The notes under the pieces: generated by a model
What the model saw: only the letters and a program-made list of their open reading frames with translations
Database searches by the model: none
What the model was told of the DNA's origin: nothing
Made by a program: the position numbers and the translations under genes
In this document: in pieces, positions 12,799 to 25,600 of the stretch
Layout of the letters: each line of letters begins with the position of its first letter
How positions within the stretch are numbered: the stretch's first letter is position 1
Source of the DNA: Lingula anatina
Taxonomy: Eukaryota; Animalia; Brachiopoda
Assembly: GCA_051362555.1 (NCBI GenBank)
Contig: CM120640.1
Coordinates: 2,170,001-2,234,000 of the forward strand
DNA: 64,000 nucleotides
Reading direction: 5' to 3'

Positions 12799-15525
12799 AC
12801 TATATATTCTGTATATCTGTCAGAGCTCTGTGGTATGACAGGTCTTCCTCCTCTCCTATCCAGGTCTGAACTGCCAGCCACAGCAGACCCCCATTACACA
12901 ATACAGCACACAGACATATCAGGTCATGCCCTCTCTCTCAATACACACTCTGACTTCACACAGCACTGGTCAAATCAGGTAGCCACAATAGAAGAAAAAA
13001 AAAGATACTGATATCCCAGATAACCTCAGTCTGTATTTCCGTCACCACATAAATTTATCTGTGTATCCTTGGTAGGCGGCCAAGCCTACACTTTGCCCCA
13101 GTGACTGCTGGGGAACAATGCCTGGAGAAGAATGGAGTTAATAGGAAAGATTACCTCATACCAAAATACCTGCCCGGAAAAATTCCTCTTTTTATCCATG
13201 ACCATCTTGAACTTATCCGACTGGGCGAATAATAAGAATTGCAGTTGATGTGTTGTGAATGGTTACAGAGAGCTGTGGAGGAATGGGTAGAAACCATTCA
13301 AACCCATGCTATCAATTTGACCAAAAAAAATCATGAAATGGAAAAGGTCACTGGTTTAGATTTGGTCCACATAACTGATTCACTGACCTTCTCCGTTGTA
13401 ATAATATCTTCTAACATTCGTCCATTTTCCCAACACTCCTCATTCCTTTCACATCTTTCTATCTCTTCTTACAAAAAGATCTAGCAAGACGTAGATTAAA
13501 AATGAGCCCCTCCAAGTTAACATTGCATTCCACTGACAGGACTAATGTTTGGGTTTCATGTTAAAAGAGATGTCCCAGTCCGACATCAATCGATCTATCT
13601 CCATGTCCCCTCTATGTTCACCAGTTTATCTTGCCAGATGGCATTTTCTTCTCTAACTGCCTTTTCCACTGGAGTGGGCAAATAAATGGCTATCTATCTA
13701 TCTTGCTGAACTAAAAAAAGAAAGAAAGAAAAAGAACTACTCACCTTCACATTTAACGCCTACTTTTCCACTTCCCCAAATATAGTCTTTACCTGAAAAA
13801 TAAAAAAGAAAAATTAAAATACACATTATCAGGATTACTGAACTCATAGCAAAAAGAGCTCATAAATATGGGAGTAAAAAAAAAGTTTAAAAACTGTCTG
13901 CTAAATTTCAAAATCAAAATAAAATCGGTTCAAACACAGGAAACAAGATAATTAAAATCATAATTTTAACTTGGGGAATCTTTTCATGATTTCACCCACA
14001 GAAATAGGCTCCTTTCTACTTGATCTCTCCAACTATTTGCCTTGGTTTCATGGCTACATGGTGAGCACAAGACCTATTAGCATGACATGAAGACATTCAC
14101 AGCGATGTACTTCAAGTGCGAGCGGCCATAAAGTGTCACTTTGTCAGAGAAAAGGTTCCTTGGCAACACCATGGCAACAAGTGGCATCAAATGCAACCTG
14201 TGTAACTTTCACTCTCTATATAATTGATCAAAAATTTCATCAACCAAAATTAGACGGCTTTTCCTTCCCCAGAACCTTCTTTTTCAGCAGCAGCAGCAGC
14301 AGCAATTTTTCCTCTGTTCAGAAGCAAAAGTCTACTTCATTAATTCAGCTATGTGAGAGCTGGCTGTGGCAAGGCTAGAGTAGAACATGTGCCTAGAGCA
14401 CTGCAAGTTGAAGGTTGCTGTCTGCACACAGTTGGTCCAGGCACCCGGCTATATTTACCACAAGGCCTGCGGCAGACTGGGGGCCTCCTCCAGAGAAACA
14501 CTACCCCAACTTAGCCAAATGAACCCGTTTCCTAACAAATCCTAGCTGCTAATCCATAAGTTCTTAAGAAGATCGTCATTCTTGTATGATGTATATATTC
14601 ACCTGACGTGCCTCTGCCTATTAAGACAGTGGCCTACATTAACCTTGACATGTATAAGATGGCGGCTTACGTCAGATATCCAGCACCAGGATGATGTCAT
14701 AGCAACAACTGAGCTTAGAGTCCAGGATATTCATTTACATGGCAGTTACAGCAGTAATTGTGTGACAATACCACAATTATATTATATCTATCACATTATT
14801 ATATTGTAGTAATACAATTACCTCCCTGGATATCCAGAGAATCAGGTAACTATGCAAAGCTTTCACATCAGTCAAAGAGAGGAACAACTACTAGTTCTCC
14901 CTGGGTATTTTAAAGACATCTTTAATAACTAGTTTGTACTTGACTAAGCCAGTCCAGTCTAGTTCACTTTGAGAAAATCATAACTCCATAACCTTGACAG
15001 GCCTAATAAACGAAATGTGCGTTTATTAGCACTACAAGCAGATCTTTTAGCACCAACACTCATATTAACCAACAAACCCACAAATAAACCAGTACTACCA
15101 AAACGGATGAATGTTAGTGCTAGATATTGCTTTGCTGGTGCAATAATTGTACGGTGTGCTGATTAATTTGTGGGTTTGGTGGTTTTAATATGGGCATTTG
15201 GCTAAAAGATCTGCGGGTAGAGTTAGTAAATGCCTAATCCGTTTATAATGCCTGAACCTGGTTATTAGGAGTAAATTGAATTGAACCCACTCACACATCA
15301 GGTTAATATTGTAAATGGTTTGTCCTTTTTTCTTTACTAGACCGGTCATTCAACTATTGGAAAGAGGCCAGACAGTCCATACAGACAGCTTTGTTTAAAG
15401 CAATTAAAGAAAGGGTCTTGAATGGATTCTAAGTACATGAATTGTATCTTGTTGAATTTATCTGAGGACAACTAAAACTTTTAAAACAAATTTTGAGAGA
15501 TAAAGGACCTTAATCATTATCACAA

Positions 15526-15589
<64 letters not shown>

Positions 15590-16598
15590 CATATTCAACA
15601 TCCCCTGTCCAGTAGGCTGTCATTTTGACACAATTTGAAAATAATGTTGGTTATAGCATGAGAGTATTGGGATTTCCGAAAGCCAAGTCATAGATAAATG
15701 GCATATCTGTGCTTAAGCGCAGGTTTTGATCTGCTTTTTCCAGAATTTTTAAAGAGTTATGGGGAGTAACAGAAAAGAAAGATTTAAGGTTGGCAAGTCA
15801 GGGTAAAATACCATTTACCCAGGGAAAATTCACTAAAACGAGTTTTTGACAGGAAAATCTTTATTGAAGGTTTTAATAGGCCTGGTCTCAGTTGACATGC
15901 AATAAAAAAGCATTCTCAGATGGTAACAAAACTCACAAAAATGAAACAAAAGGCATTCAAATAACTTTATAAGTTAACCATGAAATTGCTTTAGATATTT
16001 CGGTGAAAAAAAAAAAAAATGGTAGCTTGGGTTACAAATATAAAAGCTTTGCAGCTGTTCTAGAACCAGCTAGCAAGTTCTTAATATAGCAACGGAGTAG
16101 TTGGCAGTCCCTGTTTTAGTTCCCTGTGTCATGTTGCCACTAGATGACAGCAGAGAGCAGGCAGGGAAGACCAGGGGCTGAACACTGGATATATTACACA
16201 GCTGCACTGAGCTAGGATCACAGGGCATACAATGACAGACAAGGGACCCCAAACAAACCTTGCATGTTCACAGTGTATAAAACATGTCTTATGACAACCA
16301 TTCTGGTGCAGCAGGTTTGAAGTTTTGTCATGCTGTTGTTCTGAAGTGAAGTTGAAGTAAGGAAGATTTTCAAGCAATAACATACAAGGGCAAACTGGCA
16401 GATGTTCAGATAGAAGGAAGTCTTTTTTTCTACACTGAAATTTAATTTCATAATGTATTATGACAAAAATGTGTGTTCAATTGGGAATGTGATGGTTGTT
16501 CAATAATATTGATTAAAAATAAAATTAAGTAAAAAGAGACATCCATTTTCCCCTTATACCTGTTGTTGAATTTTTTTGATAGAATTGTATAACAGAAA

Positions 16599-16684
<86 letters not shown>

Positions 16685-19600
16685 CAATACCACATGGAAT
16701 CTAACTTGTTCTAAAAGTACAGAATACTTCACTGCACTGCCTGCATGTCACAGAGGCAGCTAAAGTCCCTGCAAATAGGCATGCAGCAGAAGAGATAACA
16801 TTTCTGTCAATTACTTAGGAGCTCTGACACACGCAAAGGTTGTCATCACGCTAAAAACAGGTGTTCAATTACAACGCCGCCTTTGTTTCATTTTCATATA
16901 GTATGAGGATGTCTCTCTTCAAATAATTGACGGTGAGTTAATTTTAGTAACTGAGTGTGAAGAGGTCCAGGTTATGATCCTGTCAGACCACCTTGGGGCA
17001 CTACAAGCCTTGTAGATTAAGTCTTTAAATTCTTTAATTTTTTTGGACATGGCAAAAACAACAAGTTCAACTGTCAAGCTATCTTGTTCTTTATCAAAAA
17101 ATGAATTGTTTGCTGCCTATTTTTAGATCACTTGCCCATGAACACTGCATTCTATTGTAATAATAACAATATCCCAGATTTCTGACAAATATCAAGTTTT
17201 ATTTTTAGAATACACCAATATGCAGCCTGGGTCATACCAGTCATTTCTTTCTTTTTCTTTTCTTTTTTTTTTCCATTTCAAAGACATTTTTAGTAGCAAA
17301 TTTAGCAGTACAATTATAAATAGCTTAGTTGGAGAATAAAATATGCTTTGTTTTTTTAGCATAATCTAGATTATTGAGAATATGACAAAAAATTAAGGGA
17401 AGGAAAATGCCTATGATAGGCAATTTAGTTTGAGATTTCCCAGAGTAAAACTAAGAATTAGAGGCAAACCTTGCAGTAAAGCTCAGTAACTACTTCATGT
17501 CTTAAGTCATTTGGTTTCAATGGTTCACAGGTACTGGAACCAGGTGCAATATCAGTACATGCCCTCTTCCTGCAAGGATTTCCATCTGATTTCTATTTTA
17601 GTTTTACCAGTGCTTACAGGTATGGTATCTGCAATTGAAAATGTCCTTAAACAATATTTTCTCTATCTGTATAGCCTGTAAAGCAACTAACATTCCCAAT
17701 TCAGACAATGAAAATTATAAAACCACTGAAAAGAAAATTCCTGATATATCCATATATCCTCCTAAAATGTACAGGGAAACATGGATGTCTAAATGCCTGA
17801 CCTGATATTCATAACTAAATTATTTAATAAGAAAAAAAACCCATCAATTTCAAATGAAGGGCCGACTTAAGCAATGATTCCTTAATAGAAAATTACCTTT
17901 TTCTAGATCAAAATTTGAATTGGTATAAACACCCTGGATAGGATACCTTTGTGAAGTAGTTTTCATCCATTTCTCACAAGTCATAGCCTTTGAAATAAAC
18001 GTACTGACACGTATCTTGTACTAAGGGCAATAACAGCCAAGTTATTTTCTTCAAACTAGAATACCTCAAAATTTCTATTCTAGACAGGGAGGAACACCAC
18101 TTTGCATCATTCCACAAATAGAAGTCCATAATAACATCGATTTCATTTCTTATTCCATAAATATGCATTTGTATCTATAACTGTCAAAGGAAATCCTATT
18201 ATTGACGTAAAAAGGAATTTCTGTGACATTTTTTTATGTACATACATATACAGAGGAGAATTGTGTGTCACCGCAGAGGAAGAAAAGACTCCTGTCATTT
18301 TAGAAAAAAAAAAAATAATAATGTGTCACTTACATGCTGAGACAAGAGAAACTTATGTCAGTGGCTCATGTCTGCACTGTCAGCGACCATACTCATCACA
18401 AACCTCTGGTTCAGGTGGAATGATAAGTACCATGAAAATGTGCCACAAATATCATAAATACCAACACGTTTAGCTCAACAGTGAGTTAAATACTATCATC
18501 TCTTTCCCCTATCTGAGACTGATCACGGCCACTGAGTTCTGTCAATCCTTATCAAGATGACTCTCTTAGAGATCAATGACTACTTAGCTTACATGTTTTG
18601 AATCAGGCAACAGTCCAATAACGTCTGCTATGTACATGGACCAGGTCAACCCAGCCCACTGACTTTTACCATGGAAAAACTCCAAAAATGTTAATGAAAA
18701 GACACCAGAGAATTTCACAATATCTGAAATTTAGTCACCTGATCTTGGCTACATGTGAGGCCTGACACCCAGACTTTTGTGTTGCTGTACAATGTATTTC
18801 TCCTCTCTGTCCCCACCACACGGGGCCAGACCCACATACCAAGGCCCGCAGCCAGTTTTTTTTTTTTTAATTAATTTCTTTGAGGGGGTAGGGGTACAAA
18901 TGAACCACCAGAAAAAGGTCCAGTATTAGTTAATATTGATCAAGGTACACAAAGGTTTCAAAGGTCCACTTTATCAGAAAATGACCCCCCCCCCCGACAT
19001 TTTCCACCATTTAACTTGATGATTTCAACTATTTTGTAACCCATCATTAAACTGCGTAGAGAACTCACAACCTTAAAATATTTCTTCCTTCATCAGTATT
19101 TCAACATAACAGGTATGCATGGTAACAGCCCATGTGGTATGATTATAACTGCACATCTCGCTATTATGGAGAGGCTCAGAGAAAGAGTGGTCTACACATC
19201 TTACCTGTTGGTACGTGACTAAACTTGCAAGGAAATTTAACTCTCTTCCAGTGCCAGAGAAATACCAGTACCTAAGCCTTACACAACCTCAGATCAGCCC
19301 CAGGCCCTGGTCTACAGACTCTACTGGAACAAGTGACTGTCTGCAACACTAAGTCAATTTACTTTAAAATTTAAACTGCCACTTGGCACAAGGGGGCACT
19401 TCAAGACATGCCAAACAGAGCTCCACTTTAAAAAAAAATCCATCATAGTTCCATCTGAGGGGATGGTTTTTATTTTAAGGTTCATTTGTAGAAAAAATCA
19501 GCGTTCAGTGTTAACTTATTAACTAAGCTCCAGTTTAATTATGGGAATACCTCAGAACTTATGTTTTAGAATTAGGACCAAGCAGTTTGCACTGTGCTAG

Positions 19601-22600
19601 TGGCATGATCATATTACTTCAACAGCAGCTCAATGGCAGCAGCCTGCAGTCAAATGAAAGCACCACAACTCCTGAATTAGCCTTTTTCATCTTTTCCGGA
19701 AATGGAAATTGCATTGTGGGCAGGGGAGCCCTGCTACGTCGAAACACTTACAGCGGTGCTTAAAACCATGGCTGGGTTTACGTGCTTTTTGTCCCGCTAC
19801 TACAATAACAGTAAGCGAGATCGACACATGAGGTTGAATAAGTTCCCAACAAACCCGTTAGAATGAAAAATATGGTAGAAAGAAAGGAAAATATAGCAAG
19901 TTTGGATCAAAAGCAGGGCACCGCGTTTGCGCTGAACATTTCGAAGGCGGGAAGAAAAACTATAATATTAGGAAATCAACAGTGCTTTAATAAAAAACAG
20001 AAATGCTTAGTTAAACAACGGATATAACGAACAATCGGCAAATAGAACTCGGGGGTAAAAAATGCGAGGAAAAAAAAACATTATAAAGATTTGAAGAAAA
20101 AATTGAAGAATAGGCCGGGGCCTAAAAATTAAGAAAAGACTTCAAGCATGAGATTATGGAAAAAGAAAGTAAAAGCTTTGAAGTTTTACACGGGGAATCT
20201 ACTTACAAAAAATTCAAAAACTTTCACGACTTTTTGTGTAACAACAAAGAGAAGGTTTGAAAAGTTTTGTATGTAATATCCTTTTTGTGTGTGTTTTATT
20301 GATAAGTGATCATTTTAAATGTTGTAGGCCCATCACAGGTTTTAGTCTCTCATAACCCTTAGCAGGGTGGGTTCAATTTTTTTTAACGTGAGACGTTAAT
20401 AAAATTTTTATTATTATGTATTCAGTCCCGTATACGTATTACTGATTTGTACAAACGGGGCTCATATTATCAAGATCAACAGAGACATACGAAGAAGAAA
20501 GTACATCGGCTCTTGTTGAACGCGTTATCGGCGAAATAAAAAGTTATTTATTTCTGAACTCAATGCAAGAGAATTGGAAAATTCAATGGGCATATTTTTA
20601 CAAAAAATGCAGAAAAGCCTTTCTGTAAGCTACACGTACATAATACATGTATGGTAAAGACAAAATGGATAATAAAAATAATCTAACAACGTATTTGTAA
20701 AGTAATACAAATATGCTTAGTATTAAAGTAGGCCTACGTATTTTTAACTGTCTTAGATAGTTGAAAAGTATGAAATGTGTGGGAAACACTTTATTTGAAT
20801 AATTTAATTGTCTGTGATTGAAAACGATGAAAATACGCATAAAAACGTTTAAAAATCAAATAATATGGGCTCTTGCTATAATTTTGTTTTTGTTTCGGAT
20901 TGACAAAATTTTCATACTTGTCAGACCGAAAGGCTGACATTTTTTACCTGTCGTAAATTTTGTACATATATTCTAGAGTAAGACACGGTAAACTTTAATT
21001 ATCGTCTGGGAAAGAGTCGAGAATTCCTGTCTCACCTATTTAACACTTAAAAGGTTTTAATTACAGAGGAAAGGTCGTAGTTGTGGCCGCCCGCCTTACC
21101 GAACAATTGAACAAGTAACACCTGATGCCTTATCAGGTACCAAACGATTTAATCAGTTCACCGACGAACGATCTGCGTGTCAGTTTTACCTGTATACACA
21201 GTAGTTACGAGTCAAACAATGCAGGAAATCTTTTCATTTTATCACTTTAAAAATCTCTTAAGATATCCTTCAAACAAACATAAAAATCGTAATGAATTGA
21301 CACTGCGGGTACATGAGGTGATATCGCCACAGCTTGCATACAACATGTACAAAATTGTGAAGACGTAGGCCTGCGCACCTGTCCACACTCTTGAAAGCTG
21401 TGTACGAGTCTACTGGCTATTTTGATTTTATATATAAAAAAATAACGAGTCTCTTTCGCATATCTTTATTATCGGAAGCATTTAAAAGAACTCCGTAGCT
21501 TTAGTTCGTCATCACTATTGAAATAGCAGCCAAGGCTCGGACGCTTAGGTGAAGTCAAGTTGTAAAGCGCATCGTATTTAAACTGAGAAAGAAAATATTT
21601 AATTGCTTGATTCTCCGTCCAAATAGCTGTTTCTTGCCTACAGTTTACGCATTTCTGTGCTTCAGCCACCTTTTTAGTTTGACAGAAAGCAATGCACGCT
21701 TCATACGACCTTTTTATATGCGCACCTTGTACATCATCTATACCTAGCATTGCCATGCTGGAAACAGCAGAAGACCACCATGACCCCTGTGGCGCGCGGT
21801 TCCTGTCATGCGCACTTCGTATTTCCGCAAAAGATGAAAAAGGTTAATACCAGTGTCCTCTTTCTCTCTCTCCCAGGTGCCTGTATGAATATTACACCAT
21901 GTTATACTTAAGTACAATAAAGAGCACAGAGTTGCTGTTTTCATATAACTATTGTAATTTAAACTGTCAGAAAAAAAAAAAGAACACTCTTTCCATTATC
22001 TTGGACATGTTATGTGATGCGCAGCGTATGACGCATCCCTGGCTATTTTAGTGCAAAATCCATGGCATTTTTCTAGGAATCTTTCTTACATAATCTTCTT
22101 GGAAAACCAACTGTTTATTATCACTGATCAAGCTTAAATCTATTTCTGACAACTAGACAAGTGCTTCTTTCCACTGAAGAAAAGAGGATCACCCCAAGAG
22201 AGAAATTAGGCATTTTACACTGGAATAGCTACCCTTGATTTTTAAGTTTTTATTTTTGAAAAATTCCTAAAGGAGATGACTCAGATAATAACTTATTATT
22301 CCCATTTGAGTAGTGTACTGTTCATGAATAGATAACCCTTGAAATGAAAAGACTAGAAATATTTGAAGAAAACTGAAATATGTAAATATAGGATTTTTAA
22401 TCAGTTAACTTCCAAAATGCACATCTATTTTCAATATTTTTTCTCATGAAATATGAAAATCAGACACACAATTTTTTAAAATTTCTTCTAACCTTCAAGT
22501 ACTTTTGCCAATCTTTATGAAATGTTTTGATTACAAGTAATCATAAGATTTGCACATAAGTGATAGAAATCCCAGAAATGCAATTTCATAATCTGGTCTC

Positions 22601-25600
22601 AGATAAAAAAAACTGGGGACTGGATCTCAGCATTGCTATTGCTTGATCACGACACCAACATTCACAATCACAAGGTCGATTAATCTGAGGAAATGATCTG
22701 GCTAAGATCAGTGCATGATTGAAACCATGCCAGCATCAAAACTAGCAGAGGGCCCATTAGTAATCGTCAAAGCCACAAATTGCAATTTAATGGCCTTCAT
22801 TTCCAGGAAACCATTTTCAAAATTGATGGAACATTATTTCATTGAAACTTCTCTTCTACATCAAATGGTGAGGGTCATGTTTAAGTTATCATCAAAAGCA
22901 CAAGATTAAGACTCCGTTCACATGAAAAATCTATTTTCTAAAAATCTATTTTCTATTTGTAAAGACCATCTCTACTTTGAATCCCACTAGTAACATACCT
23001 TCAGCTATTCCGCCACAATATTCATGGTCCATAAAACACTCTGGTTGCAAAAATGTAAAGAAATAAAATGGAAATGAAACGAAGACTAGTGACGACACCT
23101 TCTGTTACTAGGAGACCAGAGGCAAGATGAGGCACTGTGAGGAGAGGAAAACCCGTCTTCTGTCAAATAACAGCAGACATAGCACAGATTAGCTGAGTAG
23201 TTAAAGGGATAATAACTCTTCGTATGAGATCTATATTTCCCATTAAAAACATAGTGAATAACTCATAGAAATATAATATATTCTGTTTTACCACAAAAAC
23301 AGCAATTATAGCTATTTTTTTCTGATATCTGAGCTTGTCTTTAGACCACGTGACCTCCACTGATAGCTATACTCTGTTAAAATCTCTTAAGAGATTTTAA
23401 CAAAAAACCAAACTTTTTAGAAAAAAACCAGGGACTAACTTTGAATGTAAAAATGGATTCATTAACCATTGGTAAGTATGGGAAAATTGTTGTTTACTCC
23501 AGGAAAATCATTTTTTGGCTGAAACAAAGAGTTATTATCCCTTTAATTATGACTGCAGGTCCATCACTTGGCAATTCACACTCTGACTAACTAACACCAA
23601 AACAATGAAACTAATATCACATCAGGCTTAAGGATCTGGATCAAAACCATGTAATAACATAGTAGAATGCAGTAGAAATGGACTCAAGATCCAGTATCTG
23701 GTTTAAGTTAGACCACGTGTGAAGATGACATTAATCTCTATGCAACAGGAGCCAGGCAACCCATGTATCTGGTCCAAGTTAGAACTGGTGTGAACTTGAC
23801 ACATATCTCTATGCAACAGGAGCCAGGCAGCACATGTATCTGGTCCAAGTTAGACCTGGTGTGAACATAACATTAATCTCTATGCAGCAGAAGCCAGGCA
23901 ACACACTGTATCTGGTCCAAGTTAGACCAGGTATGAACATAACATTAATCTCTGTGCAACAGAAGCCAGGCAGCACATGTATTGGAGGCGGTGCATGACT
24001 CTGCGTGCTACCGATTACAAGCTACTGTGCAATGATATAGCCACAAGAAACATTCTTGGAGAAGAGGAGCACATAATCTGGCTGGCACAAAGGTATCACC
24101 TTCAGCTACACTGTACATATATGATGCAGTGTAATCAATGAAAGAAAAAAGACGATATGGAAAAAAAAAAAATCAGTGAATTGTTCATGTGGATAACAAT
24201 TCACTAAGACACTGCAATGTCACTTAATTAACTGCATTTAAAGAGATGCATTATCTGTGGCAAGACCAAAATCAGCTAAAATAATAACTGAAAAATCTCT
24301 TTTTGACATATCAAAACCTTTACCTTTAATTTTGTTGGCAAATCATGTAAAACCAACCACAAAGTTTTTCCCCTGAAATGACTGCTTTACCACCAAACAG
24401 AACTTAAATAAATAAACTCATTTTGAAGAACACACATGAAGAAAAAAAAAAAAAAGATAATCATAAAAAAATAATATACCTAGCCTAAAAACTCACCCCT
24501 GCCACTTCCCCTAGTAACATTTAAATTATGTTCTTCCATAGTGCACAATGTCTGCGACAGCAGCAGGTCCACCATAGTTCCTCAGAGTGCGTGGACGTCT
24601 CTGACCCATCCACTACCTTCTCTCCACTCAATGGTCTCTATAGCTACTGTATATCCGGTCCTTAACACCACATTATCTAATAGGAATCGCCAGCACTGCC
24701 AGCCATGGGTCAGGCCGAGGTTATGTCAGGCCAGGCCACTTCTACACCATACTGTATACAACTAACCGTGCCTGGCTGCCTTTTAAGTACTTCAGTGATA
24801 ATTTATACATTCAGGGGCATTGAATTAATGGATGTACATGTTCAGTGTATGTGCACTCAATAAAATACATCTAGGGTACCAGTTTAAAATGCTGCTAATG
24901 GTCCTGTTGTACCAAGCAATGAGTGATGCGACATCTGGCAAGTTTTATTACATGGTTGCACAGTAATGTGCGTGTGTTTGTGTGTGTGTGTGAGAGAGAG
25001 AGAGTGTGTACATCTTTCAACATTTTTCTAGCTCTTATTTTCCAGCCTGCATATATGTCATTATACCTTCCCATTCAATTTAGCTGATAAATATAAAGAT
25101 TAAACTGAGACAAGAATTCAAGAAGGCACAGTGGCTCAACTTTGACATTTTGATAAAAAATGTGCATGTTGTATGATATCGCAGGTTGTGACTTGCAGTT
25201 CTTCACCGATTCAAATTAAAGCTTGTAAGAGTTCTGCCATTTCAGTCAATCTCATCCTCTCTGCCAGGGAACAACAATATTTCTGCTCCTCTAAAACAAC
25301 CATAATAATTCAAGCACGAGTAGGCAAGAAGGGAGCCAGTTCAGGACATTCGCCCCAAACATCTGTGTAGCAATCTAAACCATTCGCCATATTGACATAA
25401 CACTTTCTTCAGCTTCCATTTAATATCCCGCAGCTATAAAACACTTGTTTCAACATTAACAAGTACCCAATTTCAGCCGAGCTGTTAACCTCTGCTTAAA
25501 ATACAACTTATCCACAGTGGTTTTAGTCAGCAGCAGACTTCTGGGGTGCACCACAAATGAGCTCCGTAAGTGCCACAATTGGGCTCCGTAAGCACCTGTT

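Noticed and set aside
12460-13011. ORFs with long HT or CV repeats
   Set aside because: Translations of a (CA)n microsatellite.
16448-16732. IY-repeat ORF (also 41862-42047) and poly-K ORF (34642-34836)
   Set aside because: Translations of (AT)n and poly-A tracts.
18334-18450. Strong minus-strand donor (CAT|gtaagt) as a candidate coding exon of the p85-like gene
   Set aside because: The C1a domain is complete without it, no clear acceptor was found, and the ATG-initiated frame I checked stops before the donor.
23694-23981. Regular repeats of about 72 bp superficially like a CRISPR array
   Set aside because: The whole unit repeats with no unique spacers, there are no cas genes and the context is a eukaryotic intron; it is a minisatellite.
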